64,000 nucleotides of DNA. It comes from Bispira polyomma (Eukaryota). Under the pieces are notes generated by a model, which ran no database searches, was not told the origin of the DNA, and was given only the letters and a program-made list of their open reading frames with translations. Each line of letters opens with the position of its first letter. Positions within the stretch are counted from its first letter, which is position 1. The DNA is taken from the NCBI GenBank assembly GCA_965649765.1, contig OZ287757.1, positions 7,936,001-8,000,000 of the forward strand, written 5' to 3'. The position numbers and the translations under genes are program-made. Positions 33,556-45,639 of the stretch are shown here, piece by piece.

Positions 33556-34569
33556 ATGGCCAATTTAGATGCTATTGCTCACAATTTAGATGCTTTGAGG
33601 GCACAGGTAGAGGGTATGGCTACTAACCAGGATGCCCAAGGTTGTGTCCAAGAAGAAAATCGAAATAGGTTGCAACACGCCATTCAACAAAGAGCTTCAC
33701 ATCCAGAAGTTGCCTCGATGCTGCTAGGTGGCTCAAACGATTTTTAAATTATGGTGAAAACTGTAATATGGATAACCAGAAAAGACTTAGGATTTTTCGT
33801 TTGATGGTCGAAGGAGTCGCTGAAGTCTGGTACTCTGGGTTGGCCGAAGCCGTAAGACAAAATTGGGATCAGCTGAGGGATGCCTTCACTGAAAAATACA
33901 TCAATGCTAACAATCTGACTTGGCTAAAAGAACAAGGACGTTTTGCTCGGGTGCAGGGCCCAAATGATATGGTTGAAACATATGTCACTGATGTGAGACA
34001 GATATGTAACCAGTTACAGAAGGGAGATGCAGAAGCCAGATCAATAATCTGCCAAAGATAAAGGCCTTTGTAATAGGCCAGCAACCTGAAACCCTGGAAG
34101 ACTTGTAAACAAAGGCACGTCTAGCAGAAAGCATAGAAAATCTGAAGCCTAAAGCCAACCCAGACAGGGTCAATCTGCTGCAGGAGACTTATGACCAGAC
34201 AGAATTTTGGTGACCTTGCTAAGTCTCTGAGTACATTACAAGATATTGTACAACAACAAAGTCGGGATATGCAATACGTTAAAAATAATCTGAAAAGTCA
34301 AGTTGTTTCAAGGAGCAATCCTTCGCAGACGCGTTACAGAGGAAACTTTCCACCCTTTTGCCAAAGATGCAAAATGCCAGGTCATCGGACAGACAACTGT
34401 GTTAGAAGGCCTTAAGCCGGGGATATAATTTGCTACAACTGCAACCGTAGGGGACATTTGAAAAGACAGTGCCCAGAGTTTAGCAAAAGATAGACAAGGA
34501 AGGCTGAACAGAAATCCTGCTTTAAACTACCAAGGGGCGTCTCTTGGGATGCGCCCAAGCCAAGCATAA
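33556..34569 (+). pseudogene. gag: Gypsy gag (capsid + two CCHC knuckles), frameshifted
   Basis: EGVAEVWYSGL...NWDQLRDAFTEKY...RVQGPNDMVETY; CQRCKMPGHRTDNC; CYNCNRRGHLKRQC. Confidence 0.9.
34521..34564 (+). other. -1 programmed ribosomal frameshift signal (T TTA AAC + downstream stem/pseudoknot)
   Basis: Heptamer 34521-34527; stem GGGCGT/GCGCCC; loop CTTGG complementary to CCAAG 34560-34564; protease DTG lies in the -1 frame. Confidence 0.65.
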
Positions 34570-37500
34570 AAAAGACAAATGGCCCCTGTGACACTATGGC
34601 TAAGAAGACTGGTGATAAATGTTTTATTATAAAAGAATCCAAGGGTTTCACTTTTGTCAAAATGTCTAGAGATAGACCACTACATGCTTTAATAGACACA
34701 GGATCGACAGTATCCTTGGCAGGTCCAAAATTATTTGCAGTGCTGCCTGAGTTAAAGAAGTAACTACAGGAGTATAATGAAACAGCAGCTATGGTTTGCT
34801 CTTCAACATTTCATTTTAACGGAAAATTAACATTTACATTCAAGTTAGCCGGACAACGCCACACCATCCTTTTGAAATACCTAGCGAGTATGCCATGCAC
34901 AGTGTTACTGGGTACAGAATTTTTGCAAGCTACTGGTGACTGTATTGATTTTGAGCAAGGAACAATAGCTGCATGTGAAAACTATAAGATTAGCTCACAG
35001 TATAGCTGCCTCCTTGAGCCAGGGCAGGAATCCGTGATTATGGGTGTATTACTCTCGATATCAATAACGGATATAGATGCCATTATAACACAAGATGTTT
35101 CTACAGGAGATAATATGACTATGATTTCTACAATTATTCAGATGTCCTGTGTTGGAAACACTGTACCTTTAACCATCAGGAACCAGACTAAAGATGCCAT
35201 GGTTATAGAACCAGGAGATATAGTAGCTACACTACATCTTCTTGAAGGAGAGGATGAACTATATGAAGCAAATGTGGATTACACAACCTAAGAAATATCA
35301 GGGGCACATGTGAATGCTGATGTTTCCAGAAAAAAATTTGAAATGCTATTCGATTGGGATGGGACAGCTGTAGACAATGAACAAAATAGATGCCTACTGT
35401 ACCTCTTATGGACGTATAACGACATATTTCAGATGCCTGGACAGGATTTAGGTCATACTAGCCTTCTGAAACATGAAATTAACCTTGAGCCAGGAAGTAA
35501 AGTGTTCACAACCCTACAGAAGTAATCTGAAGATTCGTGAAGAAATATCTACACAGGTGCAGGATATGCTAGAAAAAGGGTATCATTAGCCCGTCAAATA
35601 GCCGGTCTCATCCCCTGTCTCATCCCCTGTGGTCATGGTACGAAAGAGTGATGACTCTTTCAGATTTTGTGTCGATTATAGGAAGTTGAATTCTATGACT
35701 ATAGACGACAGCCATCCAATCGTTAGAGTGGACGACTCTCTGGAGTCTTTGGGAAGTGCCAAGGCTAAGTTTTTTCCACTATTGATTTACAATCAGGATT
35801 TTGGCAAGTGTTGCTTGACCCAAAGACAAAGCATTTGTGTGCTTTTACAACACATGATGGGCTATATGAGTTTGGATGGATGCCATTTGAACTAAAGAAT
35901 GCACCAGCTCCCTTTACCCTTTTAATGGCTTCCATCTTGAGAGGCTTGATATGGAAAGTATGTTTGGTTTATCTGGACGATGTAATATTATATTCCAAGC
36001 ATTTTCCAGAACATTTGGACAGGTTGAGTCTTGTCTTTGATAGGTTAAGGCAGGTTGACGTCCGGTTAAAGCCCAAGAAATGTAGCTTTGGGAAGGACAA
36101 AATTAGGTTCCTTGGACATTTGGTTAATGCAGGAGGAATTGAATCCCTTACTTGACATTTGTCAGTCAGTACAGGACTTTCCCAGGCCAACATGTATCAG
36201 GGATATTAGATCATTTCTAGGCCTGACAAACTATTATAGACACTATGTACAGGCCTATGCAGAGAAAAAAGTAGGGCACCTACAAATCTGACGAAGAAGG
36301 ATGTTGCCTTTGAATGGGATGAGTTGTGCGAGGATGCCTTTGTAACTTTAAAAAAGGCCCTCTCTAGTCTACCAATTTTGGCATACCCTAGATATCAAGA
36401 CCCTTACATTCTTACAGTGGACTCGTCCGGTGATGCCTGTGGAACGGTACTAAGTCAAATACAGGATGGTAAAAATAGGGTTGTATCTTATGGTGCCAAA
36501 AAGTATATTCTGCTGAAAAAAATTATGGAATTACAGAAAAGCAGGCTCTGGTATGTATACTTGGTGCGAAACACTATGAACCTTATTTAAAAGGAACTAC
36601 CTTCAAGATTGTAACTGATCATGCTGTTCTGAAGTGGTTACTTGATCAAAAGAAGACAAGTAGACGAATAGCCAGATGGATAGCATATTTGCAGCAATTT
36701 AACTATACTGTGGAGCATAGACCTGGTACGAAACTGGACAATGCTCATGGGCTGAGTAGACAATCCAACTACTAAGAAAGGATAATGATCTCCTAGAGCT
36801 TGATGATGTTATTTTACCACCCTTGAAAATAACATATACTGACAAGATCAATAAGAACATCAGTATGATCGCCAATGAGTCAGACACAGAAAAAGGAATG
36901 CCGGAAAAATGAATTAGTTAACAACATCAAAGAGGTGCCATAAATGGAAATTCAAGGGCTACCCATGATGAACTCTACATGCGATGCACTTGTACAACCC
37001 GATTCTCTGACCGCTAAGACTGAAAATCCTTGGGTCAATAGGCCTAAGGCTCCCTGAGATGTGAGACCAAACTTGTCTCTTGTAAATTTGCGTGAGATAC
37101 AAAAGGCCAATGCCGGTATAGAACTGAAAATAGCATACCTGGAAGATGGGGTGCTGCCACCAAATATGCGCGAAGCTAGGAGACTGGCAGTTCTAGACCA
37201 AAACTTCGAAATAATTGATGGAGTACTCTATCACTTGTGGTACCCTAATGGACTGAGTGATAAGGGTAGAATAATCATACAGTTGGTTGTCCCTAATACA
37301 CTGGTGCACAATGTCTTCTCATCAGGACATGGAGATGTCCCGGCTGGTCATTTTGGCATGAAGAAAACCTATCACACCATAAAATTAAAATATTTTTGGA
37401 GGGGCATGATGCTCGATGTCAGGAACGGGGTAAGGTCTTGTCACTATTGCAACTCAGCTAAAAAGCCCACTAAACCCTACAGATCACCCCTGATGCCACA

Positions 37501-38749
37501 GCCAGTTCGAAGGGTAGGCAAGGTCTGGCAATTTGATATTGTCGGCCCTTTAGCCCAGTGCCATTCAGGTTCAAAATACATGCTTGTCTTCATAGAAGTG
37601 ATGACTAAATGGGCTGAAGTTTTCCCACTAGTCGAGACTAAGGCTCATATATTAGCTTGGTATTTTGTAGAGGAGAAAGTTTATCGCTATGGTGCTCCAT
37701 CATATTTATTGAGTGACATGGGAAGCAATGTAGTTGCAAAAGTTATGAATGAGGCAGTCTTCACTCAAAAATTAGTGACTTCTCCTTATATGCCACAGAC
37801 TAATTCAACAGTAGAAAGGTTTAATCATTCATTAATCAAACAGTTGACTGGATTTGTTGATGCTGCCTCCAAGGACTGGGACCGATTTATTCAGCCTGTT
37901 TGTTTTGCATACAACACTTCTACTTGTGTTGACTCGACTCACTACCAGCCATTCTATCCCTTATTTGGCCGGACTCCAAGGACTTCCTTCAGCACCACAC
38001 TTCCAAATCCTCCTGATGTTGCCAAGGCAGAAAATAAAAACTTTGTTCGGGATTTGATTCAAGGACTCCAATTTGCACATGAAGTGGGACATAAAAATAT
38101 GGAACACCACAAGGCCAAAATGAAAGAACAATACAATAAAAAGGTGCATACTGAGGAATACAACGTTGGTCAAAGAGTTTGGGTATACTTTCCAGTTGTT
38201 AAAGTAGGTGATGCCCGTAAACTAACCAAAAAGTATTTTTGGACCATTCATGATTGTTCAGCAGGTTAGGCAGTAGAACTTTTAAGTGGTGAGAGGCCAT
38301 GACCTTAAGTCTTTAATAAATATGGTGCATGTAGATAGACTCAAACCATATATAAATAGGCAAGTCGTTCCTCCAGTTGAAGAAGAGTTATATAACTTAT
38401 TAACTGATGACAATGAAATAGACGACCTTGAGGTAGAGGATAGGCATTATCCTGAACAGGCCCAGGAAGACCCAACGAATGATTTTGAGATGGCCATCGA
38501 CATAGACCCAATACCAGCACCACAGATGTTCAAGATGCCCGGGACATCTTGGAGGAAAGAGACAGCATAGAGTAAACTGAACTAGTGATTAAAACTAGTT
38601 ACAACGACATAAACATAACACAAAATGACACAGTGAAAAAAACAATTACACAAGACAACCAAACGCGTCTGACTGCTTTGCGACGCTCTTGCCGTAATGC
38701 CAAACAGAGAATGCATCTTGCTGATATTCTTAGCGATAGTGAGGATGAT

Positions 38750-38890
38750 GAAGAATATGTAGCAAACAGAGTTATTAAGGGACGGTATGCAAAGGATGGA
38801 AAAGTAGAAATATTTAATTGATTAGGCAGGGTACCCAAAGGAAGCAAGAAGCTATGAACCTTACGAAAACTTAAATGCCTTAGCCAGAAA
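38750..38890 (+). pseudogene. Chromodomain at the integrase C-terminus
   Basis: EEYVANRVIKGRYAKDGKVE / YLID*AGYPKEARSYEPYENL (1-nt frameshift, stop at the Trp position). Confidence 0.8.
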
Positions 38891-39076
38891 GTAAATTGCC
38901 GAGCACAATGTCCCTATAACTGGCAAACCCCCTGCAAGTATACAAATGTAAGGATGATACCTTCAGGCTTCTGTCAAAGTATTAATACCAGTGTGACCAA
39001 ACAAACTAAGTCATGTTATTTTTTTACTTCATCCTGGTGTAAATCTCTAGCTATCCTGTGAAAGATACAGGATGAG

Positions 39077-41611
39077 ATGATGGTTGGATTTACTTCACTC
39101 ATAGGTGGCCTGGCCAGCTGACTGTTAATAAATCTGCAGCCCATATTGTGTGCTGATGCACAAGGAACCCCTGACATGATTGTCAGGGAAAATATGGGTG
39201 TAGTTTTTCAAAGAGTTGCAACTCTGGATAATTCGGTGTCTTACTGGTCACATACCATTGTGATAAAGAATCCTGACACCAGAGACTTAAAGGTACAGAA
39301 ATCGTTCTACCAACGTAGAGTAAAATTGGAACATACAAACCTAATGTTATTACTGTGTGATGCCTACAAGGATATTTGCCAGTCATACGATGATATCAGG
39401 AAATCCTTGAGCAAAGAAGTTGATGAAAAATCTGTAATATCACAAGAATTGATACCAGTTGGTGAAAGTAAGAATTCGGACAATGATTTGTCTTCAAATA
39501 GAAGGGCCAGAAGGGCCCCACTGGAATTTATAGGACGAATATCAAGGAATCTTTTTGCTACTGCAACCCTTGATGATGTGCAGATCTTAAGGGAACACAT
39601 TTTTGCACTCGAAAATGACCCTGAGAAATTTCAGGGATTCCTAAAGTTTACAAAAAGCCCTTCATCCTTACAGTTTGAAGTAAATAAGAACATGAAAATA
39701 GTTGCTGACGGTGTCAGAAGGAACAAGTTAATGATAAATAACACTTTACACAAGATAGACATATTGCACAATTCTGTCGCTGAGGTTGTAACTGATGTTT
39801 CAACAGCAGTTTCAGCCGCTTACTCAAGTTATTGCAATTATGCATGGAATAAATGCCAGGGAAATGAATTCAATGTTCTTAGTTATTGATAGTTACTCTA
39901 TTTTACTGAAGGAAAATCTACCTATTCACATGATCACACCTCAGAGGGTATCCCAAATATGACGAAGTGTTGAGAAACACCTAAAGGCGACTCACCCATC
40001 CTTCCATGTGCTACACAAAGTTCCTGCAGTCTATTACAACATGCCTGGGGTGGTGACATATACAAGGACAGGGAATTCAAGATACCAATCACAAGCAGCA
40101 ACCTGTTGTATGAGGTGTACTCAATCAGAAGTATTCAGATTACCATCAGCAACTCATCGGATATGTCCTTCACTAAATTACGTGAATTTCCACCTTATCT
40201 GGGTGTCACCAAGGATACTAAGTTTTTTTGTGGAATTGGACCAAGTAGCCTACGAATCATGCCCAGGTGAAAATTTCAAATAATGTTCAAACGTTTTAAG
40301 AGTTTTCCAGAACACGGAGCCAACATGTTCCAGTACTTTATTCATGAACGAATTGGATAATATTCATGCACGTTGTGACATTTCGCTGTATCCAAAACCT
40401 AATCGGAATAAGACTTCATTGACCTTCAAGATGACAGGGTGTTGATAAGTACACTGGATCTCAACTGTCCCAAATTGTGCGCTGTGCAAGTCTTGTAAAT
40501 GCCCCATGTCATCTAAAAGCTTCCGTGTAACCACAAGTATTCACATGTGTAATCAAATGGAAGCAACTGAGACTAGAATTGTTACCAATTACCTGGCAAC
40601 AGTGTCATATCTTTAAACGTTTCAACCTGATATTTTATTTTCTGATAGCACGTCTCTAAATAAACTCTTAGTTATTTAACTTTACTTTACCTCAAATTAA
40701 TATTTCCTACAGTAGGTGGACTAAGGATACTGAACAGTTTAGCACTGTTGACAGTAGTATAGACTTGAGACAGACTCTAAATTCCTTGAAACAGAATAAG
40801 ACCATTTATTTAAGACCATTTGATGCTTGGCTAAATGACCAGTTACCAACTCCTCTTGACTATACAGATGTTGGTTGGGTTATCAGTTACACCATCCCTG
40901 TATTTGTGATTTTGCAAATGATTTTGCTAGTTAAGTTTTACAGAAGGCAAAGGCATTTGGAAAATATTTTCCAAGGTATTCTCCAGGGAAGATAATCAAA
41001 CAACATTGCTTAATAAGGCGGAAGGTTTCAATTCCAACAGGGATATTCAAGTTTTGACAATTGACCGGCTGACTTGCTGACTTTATTTTGGGTATTGTCA
41101 GGAATAATGGTAATATACCTAATTGTTCAAATCATAATTAAAATTCTGGAAATGGTTAACTTAGGAAGGAATACACTGGAACAGTCTCTTGAAAATCAAA
41201 AGACTTGGTTACAAATGATAATTAGTAACGGTGTTAGAAGAGTTTCAGCCACTGTCTGTGAAATAAATATATGCTTATGAACGACATATTATATGCACAG
41301 TCCTCTGAAACAACTTATCCTAAGCTATCTCTTTGCACTATAAGGCCTTATTTGAAGATGAGTATTTTGAATTCTTAAACATAACTTCTATTGTGAACAA
41401 TAACATAAAGATAATTCTACCACAAGAATTTAGGATTAGTTACCTCGATGTTCTGAAGTATTATTACATTCGTCAGAGTCCTCCTGCCCTTATTCAAATC
41501 ATTCTAGTCGGCAGTGAAGAACCAAAGCCAATTGTGCTTAAGAAGTTGTACAAGGTTTTTAAGTTTCATAAAGTTATGAATGCCTGGAAGAGACAGGTAC
41601 CTTCTCTATAG
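39077..41611 (+). pseudogene. env: env-like class I fusion protein (baculovirus F / errantivirus Env type), disrupted
   Basis: Signal-peptide-like MMVGFTSLIGGLAS*LLINLQPILC; furin site RARR 39503-39514 then fusion peptide APLEFIGRISRNLFATATLDD; heptad-like region; TM VISYTIPVFVILQMILLVKFY; second TM near 41074. Confidence 0.85.
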
Positions 41612-41875
41612 CTGATACTGTTGAGTTCGGATCTCCAGGTCCATCGTCTTTACTAACAGAAAAACTGTAAGTTCTTAAGAATTCTGATCTGATTGTAGAA
41701 TTGAGGAGCTTAGAAGTGTGCTATTTATTATTAAAAGCAGAATAATTTGGACAGATATTTTCATTTCAAAATACTAGTGGTTTAAATGGTGAAAGCATAC
41801 TAAATGTCTATAACTTTGTGTGTGATAAATTAAATGCATTACAATAAATAATTGAGAGAGACCAAGTACACATAT

Positions 41876-42507
41876 TTAAATCCAAATAATATTGTACAAA
41901 CAAACAAAACCAACAAACAAACCAAAAAAACTAATACTTGATGGGCCGAATAAATCATTGTAATATATTTTGCCTTCATTAAGATTTTCATAATGGACCA
42001 GGTGTAGTTTTCCGGCTTTGTCATTAGAACTCAAGGTTATTTTTGAGGAGCCGTGGTGATAGGCATAAACAAACAATTCCTTCCAGTCTATAATAATGGT
42101 GACTTATAATTTCTTAAAATAAGGCCAACCTAATGGACTGATAACTGCAACCATTAAAAGTAAATATGGTTTGAATAAGTGGTGCCATAGATACCATGAT
42201 ATTATAGGCACATAATAAACATAATAATACCTTACCTTTTAAATATAATTGTGTAACTAAACCAATGACATTATCCAAATTACAAAAGGGTATGCAAAAT
42301 ATAAAAGTGACAGAGAAGCCTGAGAATGGCTAGTAGCTGCCAAAATGAATCTAACACTTCGGCAAAAGTTACCAAATGCCTTTATATCCTTAGCAGTGAC
42401 CTTATTCTCATTTCTGAGGGCTGAAAACCTTCGATGGGTCACCTTGTTACTAATACAGAGAAATGCTACCAGAACCAACCTTCCCAAAAATCCTTAAAAC
42501 AACGCAT
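41876..42507 (-). pseudogene. Decayed antisense hydrophobic ORF in the Gypsy accessory region
   Basis: ORFs 42257-42487 and 41876-42076 share a frame; ~200 codons with only 3 internal stops; several hydrophobic segments. Confidence 0.35.
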
Positions 42508-42839
42508 AAAATATAAATATTTGTGAAAGCTTATACTATGATTAATGCTTGGTGCCAGTGAATTGATTAGCACTGATGGACGTGACCAAGGGCGGTCAAG
42601 GTTTACAGAATATAATCCTTGACCGTTGTAATAATCTCCAATCATGACGTAGGCAGGAGAAATATTGTTTACAAACTACTGATTTCATTTCACCTTTGGT
42701 ATACTCTGGTAAAGTGTTAATGGCACAGGCCTGGAAAATCCTGGACTAAGTCTTGTTCTGTTCCTAGAAAGAGAGACATCTACTGTTTGGTTGCTGTTCT
42801 GCAAAACAAGGAATACAATTCATTACAAAACAAAAAAAA

Positions 42840-43209
42840 ATGCCATTCTTCGGACAAATATATTACGATAGGCTGGTAATGAATCCAGGTCTAGAGACAG
42901 TTGATGAGCCTGCGGATTCGGAGATAGAAAGCGCTTTGCAAAGCCAGCAAGTGACATTGTTTCCAACCTCCTTTGGATTCTTTTTGCTGACATTTAGTCA
43001 GGAGGGTTTCCTCCTTTACAAAAGTAAACATTACTCCGGTGCAGCCATTTGACCACATATTGAATATGAGGGTGTTATCCGTCATAGAACAGGTCTGCTT
43101 GATGAGGAAACATTTCAACTTCAAAATCCCTTCACTTAAACTGAAATTCAAGTAATGTGGGCTGAAGGATGCAATATAACAATAACTTTTTGCCTAAAAG
43201 GCAAGTAAC
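42840..43209 (+). pseudogene. Decayed accessory ORF, unknown function
   Basis: MPFFGQIYYDRL...; frame continues through two stops to ...CNITITFCLKGK. Confidence 0.35.
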
Positions 43210-43958
43210 CTAAAACTAATAGCTTTACCAGTTACCTTCATCAGTGCAAGGTCTGGGTGGAATCAGCGATTGTTTAGGAAATTTAATGCTTACCTGGCCT
43301 TCAATAATGATGTTATAAGTAAACAGAATGTTTGTAAATGGGTTTTGGTTGATAAGTTCAATGTCAACCCCTGAAAGTCACTTTCCTAGAAAGTTAACCT
43401 TGCCGGACAAGGTTGTGGGGAGCGCGCCAATAACATCATAGTCTTCATGCAGTTACCATGACTGATGACAGCTGAAGGTTTTCCTGGGTCACCTTCAATA
43501 GCTCCACCAAGGATAGTTTTGAAAACTGATGACTTGACTAGCCTCCAAATTTCATACTTTGAGATGTAGTGTTGATCAACAATGGCTCCGGCTAGTCTAG
43601 TTTCGATACCATTGCTGATAGCTCCTGATTGGATTTACATGCTAAGGACGTCAGCAAACTGCCACTGTTCCAAGCCAAGGGGGGATATAAATACAGATCT
43701 GGATTGCCAGCAACTTGGCAGTCCAACAAACGTCTTGCAGTAGAGTAAATGCTATGAGACTATATTTTGTGGCTGATGGGATTCTGCAGAATACTATTTT
43801 GCATTTTAATAAATCCAAGACCTGTTATATTTAGTTCACTGCACATTTCTGGATATTTAATCTCTGGATATTTCATTTGAATTGTGGTTCACACTTCTTT
43901 ACTGCCTTATTTACTATAAACAAAGGATATCATTTAGTGATGATGATTCACTTTAATC

Positions 43959-44339
43959 ATGGAACCAAGAATTAGACTCAGGATTATATCTTTTACATGT
44001 GAACACACTTTATTTATTCGGCTGGACCCTGGAGTTTGCCATGAGTACCTTGATGACCATCCCCATGTATACGAGTACCATCTTCTCTATGGTCGACGGT
44101 TCGGTGCCAATATGCAAATAGATGTTTTCCTGACATGTGATGCTAACATACCTAATTTTATGGAATAACTTGCCGCTCTTCGAAGCATGAATAATATACT
44201 ATACTGGGACGAGATCCAGAGTCTCCCAGATTTATCAGTTTATTGTACAGACAGTGACAAACCTAGTTCTTCACTCAATTTAACATCAAAGCCTCCATCT
44301 ACAACCACCACAGAATCACCGATCAGCAACACCTACTGA
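43959..44339 (+). pseudogene. Decayed accessory ORF, unknown function
   Basis: MEPRIRLRIISF...NFME*LAALRSMNNILYWDEIQ...; ~126 codons with one stop. Confidence 0.45.
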
Positions 44340-44359
44340 CTGTTCCTTCATGCTCCAGC

Positions 44360-44707
44360 TTGCTACAGCATTATGCTCCTTCCAAGGTACAGTTACCTCG
44401 ACTAGCTCAGCAGACCAATCACGCAGTTTCTAACAGCTGTGACAGCTGCAAAGCTCTAGAGGGAATCAAAGAAGCCCATATGGTCTTACCTGCGGGAGCT
44501 GTGGTACTTAATATTGATAGAGTATTGAGGCCAAGCCTTCAGATAAGTTGTATGGTAAATTATGTGTCTAAAGAACTTGATGGTGCCGTAGTAGTTGAAT
44601 ATTTGCTATCCCCACAATGTTGTAAGGGAAATATGTCATTTACGTTAACAGTTTACACTCCACAGAACATATATAATGTACTAAAGGTGTATTTATTAAT
44701 GTTTTGA
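44360..44707 (+). CDS. Accessory ORF, unknown function (115 aa)
   Basis: Open frame in AT-rich DNA with globular-looking composition; no family recognised. Confidence 0.35.
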   Translation: MLQHYAPSKVQLPRLAQQTNHAVSNSCDSCKALEGIKEAHMVLPAGAVVLNIDRVLRPSLQISCMVNYVSKELDGAVVVEYLLSPQCCKGNMSFTLTVYTPQNIYNVLKVYLLMF

Positions 44708-44728
44708 TGCTTATTGATGCTTTGATAA

Positions 44729-45639
44729 ATGGCTGAACTAACATTTCGCTCCTGGAGTACAGGTGACACAGTTTTCTATAAATTTCACAGAGAAATCAGT
44801 CAGGTTATTATTGATTCACTATGGTTCAGTCTGCTCTAGCGCGCAAATTGCAACAAGGCCAGTTGCTCTGTTTAGTAAATGACAAATGTTATTTAAACCT
44901 AAAGTATCCAGAAGCAAAGGCCAAGGAAAGGCAAGATTATTACAATAACTGCTTTGCCAAAGCAGCATTTGTGTCCCTTATTCATTGCCTTTGTGACCAG
45001 GAAAGTGATAAAGAGATATATTTTCATGTAAAGAAGCCAGATGTCATTAAGGCTGCTAAATATCTGCAGCTTCATTCCATACCAGAGGGTGTCCTGCTCA
45101 AATCTATTGATAATTTGAACTGTAAGAGTTATTTTCTGGCTCACCAGCTTTTCCAACATCAAGATTCCCTGTTGTCATTGTTAGATTCCTATAATCATCA
45201 GGAAATAGGTGTACCAAGCAGAACGGTTACCTATTTGCTACAGAACAACAAAGTAGCTGACATGATCAGGTCTGCAAGTTATTATCACAGTAGGATGCAC
45301 TCTAAAAGAAAGAAAATCTTAAAAGCACAGTGTGTTCATTGTAAAAAAAAGCAAATTCACCCATTTGACATTGCTAATTGTCAGCCTTATGAGATTGGGT
45401 AGACTTAATGTTCCAGACCTTACTCCCACAAAAAGTGTTACTTAGACTTTTTGTCCAAGTCAGCCAAGCGAAGTCCTTCAGCTGGGCTGCATTGTCCAGC
45501 TTGTCCCTCAGTTTTCAGCGGTGGATCCCTCGATAAAGGAGCATCTGCTTTTAACATGTTTATGATGGGACCATCCGTAAATACTATTTACATGAACAGG
45601 GAATTTCGCATCAGTAACACAGGCCTTACAAAACATTAG
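44729..45639 (+). pseudogene. Accessory ORF (~300 codons) with a C-terminal RING-like zinc finger
   Basis: 44821-45402 and 45451-45639 are in frame across two stops: CVHC...T*CSRPYSHKKC...LHCPAC. Confidence 0.6.

Larger units (their letters stand above)
34521..38951 (+). pseudogene. pol: Gypsy pol: protease, RT, RNase H, integrase, chromodomain; many stops and frameshifts
   Basis: ALIDTGS; RFCVDYRKLN; YLDD; RSFLGLTNYYR; VDSSG; TDH; HHCC (GH..AGHFG...CHYC); FDIVGP, LSDMG, VERFN; VHVDRLKPY. Confidence 0.95.
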
